NCBI GenBank assembly: GCA_947246685.1
Contig: CAMXSN010000001.1
Location: 49,837 to 113,836 of the forward strand
DNA: 64,000 bases
DNA from: an uncultured Clostridia bacterium
GTDB taxonomy: Bacteria; Bacillota; Clostridia; Christensenellales; UBA3700
Direction: 5' to 3'
Shown here one piece after another: positions 59,966 through 64,000 of this stretch. A program made the translations under genes and the position numbers. Below the pieces are notes generated by a model. That model saw only the letters and a program-made list of their open reading frames with translations, searched no databases and was not told the origin of the DNA. The number at the start of each line of letters is the position of its first letter. Position 1 is the first letter of the stretch.

Positions 59966-61600
59966 ATGAAAATTTTGGATAGTGCCAAGATATTGGAGAT
60001 GATCGACGGGGGTTACAGATACCTCAAAGCCAATAAGGCTATGGTCGATTCTCTGAATGTCTTTCCGGTCCCCGACGGAGATACCGGAACCAATATGTCG
60101 CTGACAATGGCGTCGGCGGTAAAAGAAGTCAAGTCTGTAGAGACTGACGATATAAGAGAGATTTTAACTGCGTATTCCCGCGGCGCATTGAAGGGCGCGA
60201 GAGGAAATTCGGGTGTTATATTATCACAAATTATCAAAGGGCTTGCGGTTGTGCTGGCAGATGAAAAAGCAATCACGACCAAGGCGTTTGCCAATGCTCT
60301 GAGATATTCAAGAGAAGTTGCTTACAATGCGGTTACTAAGCCAAAAGAAGGCACGGTTTTGACAGTTATCAGATATATGGCTGAAAATGCGCCGTCAATC
60401 GCAAGCAAAAACGCTTCGTTTATTAATTTTTTCGAACAACTGATAAAAAAAGGCGAAGAAATTCTCCAGAAAACTCCCGATATGCTTCCCGTTTTGAAGC
60501 AAGCCGGAGTGGTAGACGCGGGCGGAAAGGGACTTTTATGCGTATTCCAAGGATTCTATAATGCTTTGGCAGGCGTGGATATTCCCGAAGAAATAGAAGA
60601 AAGCGATAGCGTCGTAGTTCCTACTCCGATTTTGGATGCATTCGGCAACGACGAGCATGATTTGGATAATATCAAATATGCTTATTGCACCGAGTATTTT
60701 GTGATTAATCTCAAAAAACACGTTACCGAAGAAGATATAGAAAAATTAAGAGATAAATTGATGGCGATCGGCGATTGCGTAATAGTAATCGGAGACGTAA
60801 ATCTTATAAAAGTCCACGTTCACACCAATCAACCTAACAGAGCGTTATACAATGCGTTGCAATTGGGCGAACTCGATAAGGTCAAGATAGAAAATATGCT
60901 CGAGCAGCACAGAGCGCTGCTTGCGGAAAGAGAAAAGGCAAAGAAGCCTATCGGCGTTATTTCCATATGCGCCGGCGAAGGTATTGCCAATATTTTCAAA
61001 GAGTTAACTATCGACGAAGTTATCGAGGGCGGACAGACTATGAATCCAAGCGTCGAGGATATACTCAATGCCGTTGAAAAAATCAATTCTGACAACATAA
61101 TTATTCTTCCCAATAATAAAAATATCATTATGGCGGCTGAAAAGGTCAAAGAATTGACAGAAAAGAATGTTTTTGTAATACCTACGGTCGAAGTCGCGCA
61201 GGGAATCAGAGCCGCTTTTGCTTTTGACGTAAATCAGTCGGTAGAGGTCAACGTTGCGGAAATGACAGCGTCTTATGAGGATTTGAAATGCGGTCAAATC
61301 ACCAATGCGGTAAGAAATACTAATCTCGATGGATTTGAGATCACAGAAGGCGATATAATCGGTCTCGACGGCAAAACTATTATTGCCGATTCCAAGAGTG
61401 TAGAAGAGACTGCGCTTGCCGTGATAGATAAACTTGTCGACGAGTGGAGCGAAGTAATAACTCTTTATTATGGAGAGGGGGTAAGCAAAAAAGACGTTGA
61501 GAAGCTCTCGGCTAAGCTGAAAGAAAAATATGAAGGCTTTGACGTGGTTAGCTATTTTGGCGGACAGCCTCACTATTACTATCTGATATCGGTAGAGTAA
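59966..61600 (+). CDS. fakA: DAK2 domain fatty acid kinase subunit A (YloV-like)
   Basis: LNVFPVPDGDTGTNM, GARGNSGVILSQ, VVDAGG, YCTE, KVHVHT, GGQTMNPS. Confidence 0.95.
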   Translation: MKILDSAKILEMIDGGYRYLKANKAMVDSLNVFPVPDGDTGTNMSLTMASAVKEVKSVETDDIREILTAYSRGALKGARGNSGVILSQIIKGLAVVLADEKAITTKAFANALRYSREVAYNAVTKPKEGTVLTVIRYMAENAPSIASKNASFINFFEQLIKKGEEILQKTPDMLPVLKQAGVVDAGGKGLLCVFQGFYNALAGVDIPEEIEESDSVVVPTPILDAFGNDEHDLDNIKYAYCTEYFVINLKKHVTEEDIEKLRDKLMAIGDCVIVIGDVNLIKVHVHTNQPNRALYNALQLGELDKVKIENMLEQHRALLAEREKAKKPIGVISICAGEGIANIFKELTIDEVIEGGQTMNPSVEDILNAVEKINSDNIIILPNNKNIIMAAEKVKELTEKNVFVIPTVEVAQGIRAAFAFDVNQSVEVNVAEMTASYEDLKCGQITNAVRNTNLDGFEITEGDIIGLDGKTIIADSKSVEETALAVIDKLVDEWSEVITLYYGEGVSKKDVEKLSAKLKEKYEGFDVVSYFGGQPHYYYLISVE

Positions 61601-61616
61601 TCGTAATATAGACATA

Positions 61617-61631
61617 TTGAACATTGTTCAA
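61617..61631. repeat. Dispersed palindrome copy 7 (TTGAACATTGTTCAA)
   Basis: Perfect consensus preceded by CATA, 16 bp after the fakA stop. Confidence 0.85.
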
Positions 61632-61697
61632 ATATTTTATCAAATCATACGTTTTGATATTTTTCGATAAACGTTAAAAATTATTATACGTATTTTA

Positions 61698-61733
61698 ATA
61701 ATATGCAAATTTCAATTTGCATATTATTTTTTC
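61698..61733 (+). terminator. AT-rich hairpin plus T-run after fakA
   Basis: ATAATATGCAAAT-TTCA-ATTTGCATATTAT followed by T-run. Confidence 0.55.
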
Positions 61734-61926
61734 TTTATGATAAAAATTATACCCAATTACGCTTATAATCGCGTATTTAGCATATATTTATCATACTTAT
61801 CGGCGTAAATATTGCTTTTATAGGAAAAAAGTTCCCGTTGGCTAGTTTGTATGATCAATACAACCATATAAGCATTCGAGCATTTATGCGGCGCCGTTTA
61901 TCGCCGCACTTATAAGATTGCGCAAA

Positions 61927-61941
61927 CTGAACTGTGTTCAA
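61927..61941. repeat. Dispersed palindrome copy 8 (CTGAACTGTGTTCAA, followed by TATG)
   Basis: GAAC-N3-GTTC core; its outer 12 bp are a perfect inverted repeat of the left arm of copy 7. Confidence 0.75.
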
Positions 61942-61980
61942 TATGTTACGGCGGCAAAAATATATTGACGTCAAGCGCGC

Positions 61981-62009
61981 TTGACTGCAAATTAAAAAAG
62001 CGTTATAAT
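61981..62009 (+). promoter_or_regulatory. Sigma-A promoter of recG (leaderless geometry)
   Basis: TTGACT-N17-TATAAT, ATG 7 nt downstream, no SD. Confidence 0.7.
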
Positions 62010-62016
62010 CAAAGAT

Positions 62017-64000
62017 ATGGAATTGATAGACATCAAAGGCGTGGGAGAAAAAACTCTCGAGAAACTTAAAAAGATTGGCATAGAGAGCGTTCGCGACGTG
62101 ATTTATTTTTATCCCAAATTTTATTGGGATATGACCAAAGAGACGGATCTCAACGAGATAGAGAGCGGCGATTACGTTTTGCTAAGAGGAGAGTTGACGT
62201 CTGTCAGCGGCTTGATTAGGGCAAAGCGCGGATTGTCGTTTTGCACGGCGACTTTGAATACGCAGGGTAAGAAGATTAAACTTACGTGGTTTAATTCTCC
62301 GTTCGTCGTAGGGCTTATCAAACAAAAAGGCGAATTCTTGTTTTGGGGTAAGGCAAGGCTTAACGGAAAGAAAATCGAGATGTCCAATCCGAGTTTTGAA
62401 AAAGCCGAAGTTAATAAGAGATTGCAGGGAATAGTGCCCATTTATCCGCTTAAAGACGCGGTAGGTCAGCAACTTTTTAGAAATATAGTCCGACAGTGTC
62501 TCGACGGCTGCGCTGTGGCGAGCAAGCTGGATTCTTATGCCGATATGTCGCTGGACACAGCGTTCAGGATCGTTCACGAACCTATGGATATGACGGACTG
62601 CAAGCGTGCCAGAACCAGGATAGCAATCGAAGAGTTGGTCTATCAGATAGTCGCTTACAGAATAATCAAGAATAACTCCGACAACAAGAAACTCATTCCT
62701 TACGGTCTTTCTTACGAGGACATAGCCGCGGACGTAGCGTCGCTGCCTTACGCGCTTACTCCCTCGCAGGACAAGGCTATAAAGGAAATCGTTAAGGATC
62801 TGCAAGGAGAGCGGCATACCAACAGGATGCTTATGGGCGACGTCGGCTCGGGCAAGACGGTCATTGCGTTGCTTACCTGTCTATTTGCCAAGAAATGCAA
62901 GAAACAGTCTGCGCTAATGGCTCCTACGGAAATTCTTGCGCGTCAGCATTACAAGACAGCTTTGAATTTGTTTTCGGACAGGTTAAAGGTGGCGCTGCTG
63001 ACGGCTTCGACGCCTTCGGCGGATAAAAAACAGATTATTTCCGACTTACAAAAAGGCGAAATCGACTTGATAATAGGCACTCATGCGGTGCTCAACGATA
63101 AAGTTAAGTTTAACAACTTGGGACTGATAGTTATAGACGAACTGCATAGATTCGGCGTAAGGCAGAAGAGTAAACTCGAGGACAAAGCCGTCGGAGTTGA
63201 TACTTTGGTAATGAGCGCGACGCCCATACCCAGAGCGCTGGCGCTGTCGATATACGGGGATTTGGATATGTCCGTATTGCAGCCTAGAGACGGCACCGGC
63301 GATAATATTACCACTTTCGTCATGGGCGACGACAAACTCAAAGGTCTTTACAAATTTATTATCGAGCGCGTTTCATACGGCGAACAGGCTTATATCGTAT
63401 GTCCGCTCGTCGAGGACAGCGAAGGATTGGAAGTATTTTCGGCAAAAATGCTCTATAAGCAACTTGTTAAAAAAGAACTTGCAGATGTCAACGTGGGGCT
63501 AATTTACGGCAGCATGAAAGATAAGGAAAAGAGCGAGATAATGTCCAGATTCTATGCCGGAGAAATCGACGTGTTGATCGCGACGTCGGTCATCGAGGTC
63601 GGCATAGACAGTCAGAAAGCCAGCGTGATGGCAGTTCTCAACAGCGACAGGTTCGGTTTGGCGGCGCTGCATCAGCTTAGAGGCAGGGTGGGGCGTAATC
63701 CGAATATTCGCTCGTACTGTTTTTTGCATACGTCCAAGCAAGACGAAAATTTGCGTTTGGAAGCTCTTAAAGAAAACAAAGACGGCTTAAAGATTGCGGA
63801 GATAGACGCCGATATGAGAGGCTACGGCGATTTTCTCGGCATAAATCAGAGCGGCGGAAGCGGCAAGATCGGAGTATTTGTCAACAAGCGGCTTATCGAA
63901 CAGTGCAAGAAAATAGCCGATTCTTTAATGGACGAAGGGGATATTTATTCCGAATACGACGAAATGCTTGCAAAATTTCTCTCTGCGCTCAAAGGCGTAT
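62017..64000 (+). CDS. recG: ATP-dependent DNA helicase RecG (3' truncated; absent from the ORF track)
   Basis: MELIDIKGVGEK, GDVGSGKT, MAPTEILA, DELHRFG, MSATPIPR, LHQLRGRVGR, RGYGDFLG..QSG. Confidence 0.96.
   Translation, partial: MELIDIKGVGEKTLEKLKKIGIESVRDVIYFYPKFYWDMTKETDLNEIESGDYVLLRGELTSVSGLIRAKRGLSFCTATLNTQGKKIKLTWFNSPFVVGLIKQKGEFLFWGKARLNGKKIEMSNPSFEKAEVNKRLQGIVPIYPLKDAVGQQLFRNIVRQCLDGCAVASKLDSYADMSLDTAFRIVHEPMDMTDCKRARTRIAIEELVYQIVAYRIIKNNSDNKKLIPYGLSYEDIAADVASLPYALTPSQDKAIKEIVKDLQGERHTNRMLMGDVGSGKTVIALLTCLFAKKCKKQSALMAPTEILARQHYKTALNLFSDRLKVALLTASTPSADKKQIISDLQKGEIDLIIGTHAVLNDKVKFNNLGLIVIDELHRFGVRQKSKLEDKAVGVDTLVMSATPIPRALALSIYGDLDMSVLQPRDGTGDNITTFVMGDDKLKGLYKFIIERVSYGEQAYIVCPLVEDSEGLEVFSAKMLYKQLVKKELADVNVGLIYGSMKDKEKSEIMSRFYAGEIDVLIATSVIEVGIDSQKASVMAVLNSDRFGLAALHQLRGRVGRNPNIRSYCFLHTSKQDENLRLEALKENKDGLKIAEIDADMRGYGDFLGINQSGGSGKIGVFVNKRLIEQCKKIADSLMDEGDIYSEYDEMLAKFLSALKGV

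Noticed and set aside
61927-61941. Palindrome upstream of recG read as a LexA box
   Set aside because: Spacing is GAAC-N3-GTTC, not N4, and the other seven copies are not at SOS promoters; the N4-type site is the one at uvrB

Overview
A core-genome, mostly housekeeping window from a spore-forming Clostridia-class bacterium (inferred from gene content and order). It contains: the end of a V/A-type ATPase operon (E-C-F-A-B-D), a GH3 glucosidase, guaB, glyQS, panT-coaX, hom, uvrBA, a folate operon (folC-folE-folP-folBK) under a THF riboswitch plus dfrA, sporulation genes (spoVB-like, LysM, spoIIID), prmA(frameshifted)-rsmE-mtaB-hit-rpsU, pcrA-ligA, and the yloC-gmk-rpoZ-coaBC-priA-def-fmt-rsmB-rlmN-rsgA-rpe / rpmB / asp23-fakA-recG block. 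I saw no prophage, transposase, CRISPR array, rRNA or tRNA. The most notable signals not explained by annotation are: (1) a palindrome TTGAAC-N3-GTTCAA found 8 times, always in pairs, mostly just after gene ends and once between convergent genes; (2) rsgA apparently starting at a non-canonical ATC codon, at a locus where the usual stp/prkC pair is replaced by a Nudix gene; (3) many apparently leaderless transcripts; (4) a pair of tail-anchored winged-helix-like proteins; (5) a 1352-aa doubly anchored surface protein with five CBM-like repeats, next to a REP-like mosaic. All motif and fold assignments were made by eye, without database searches.
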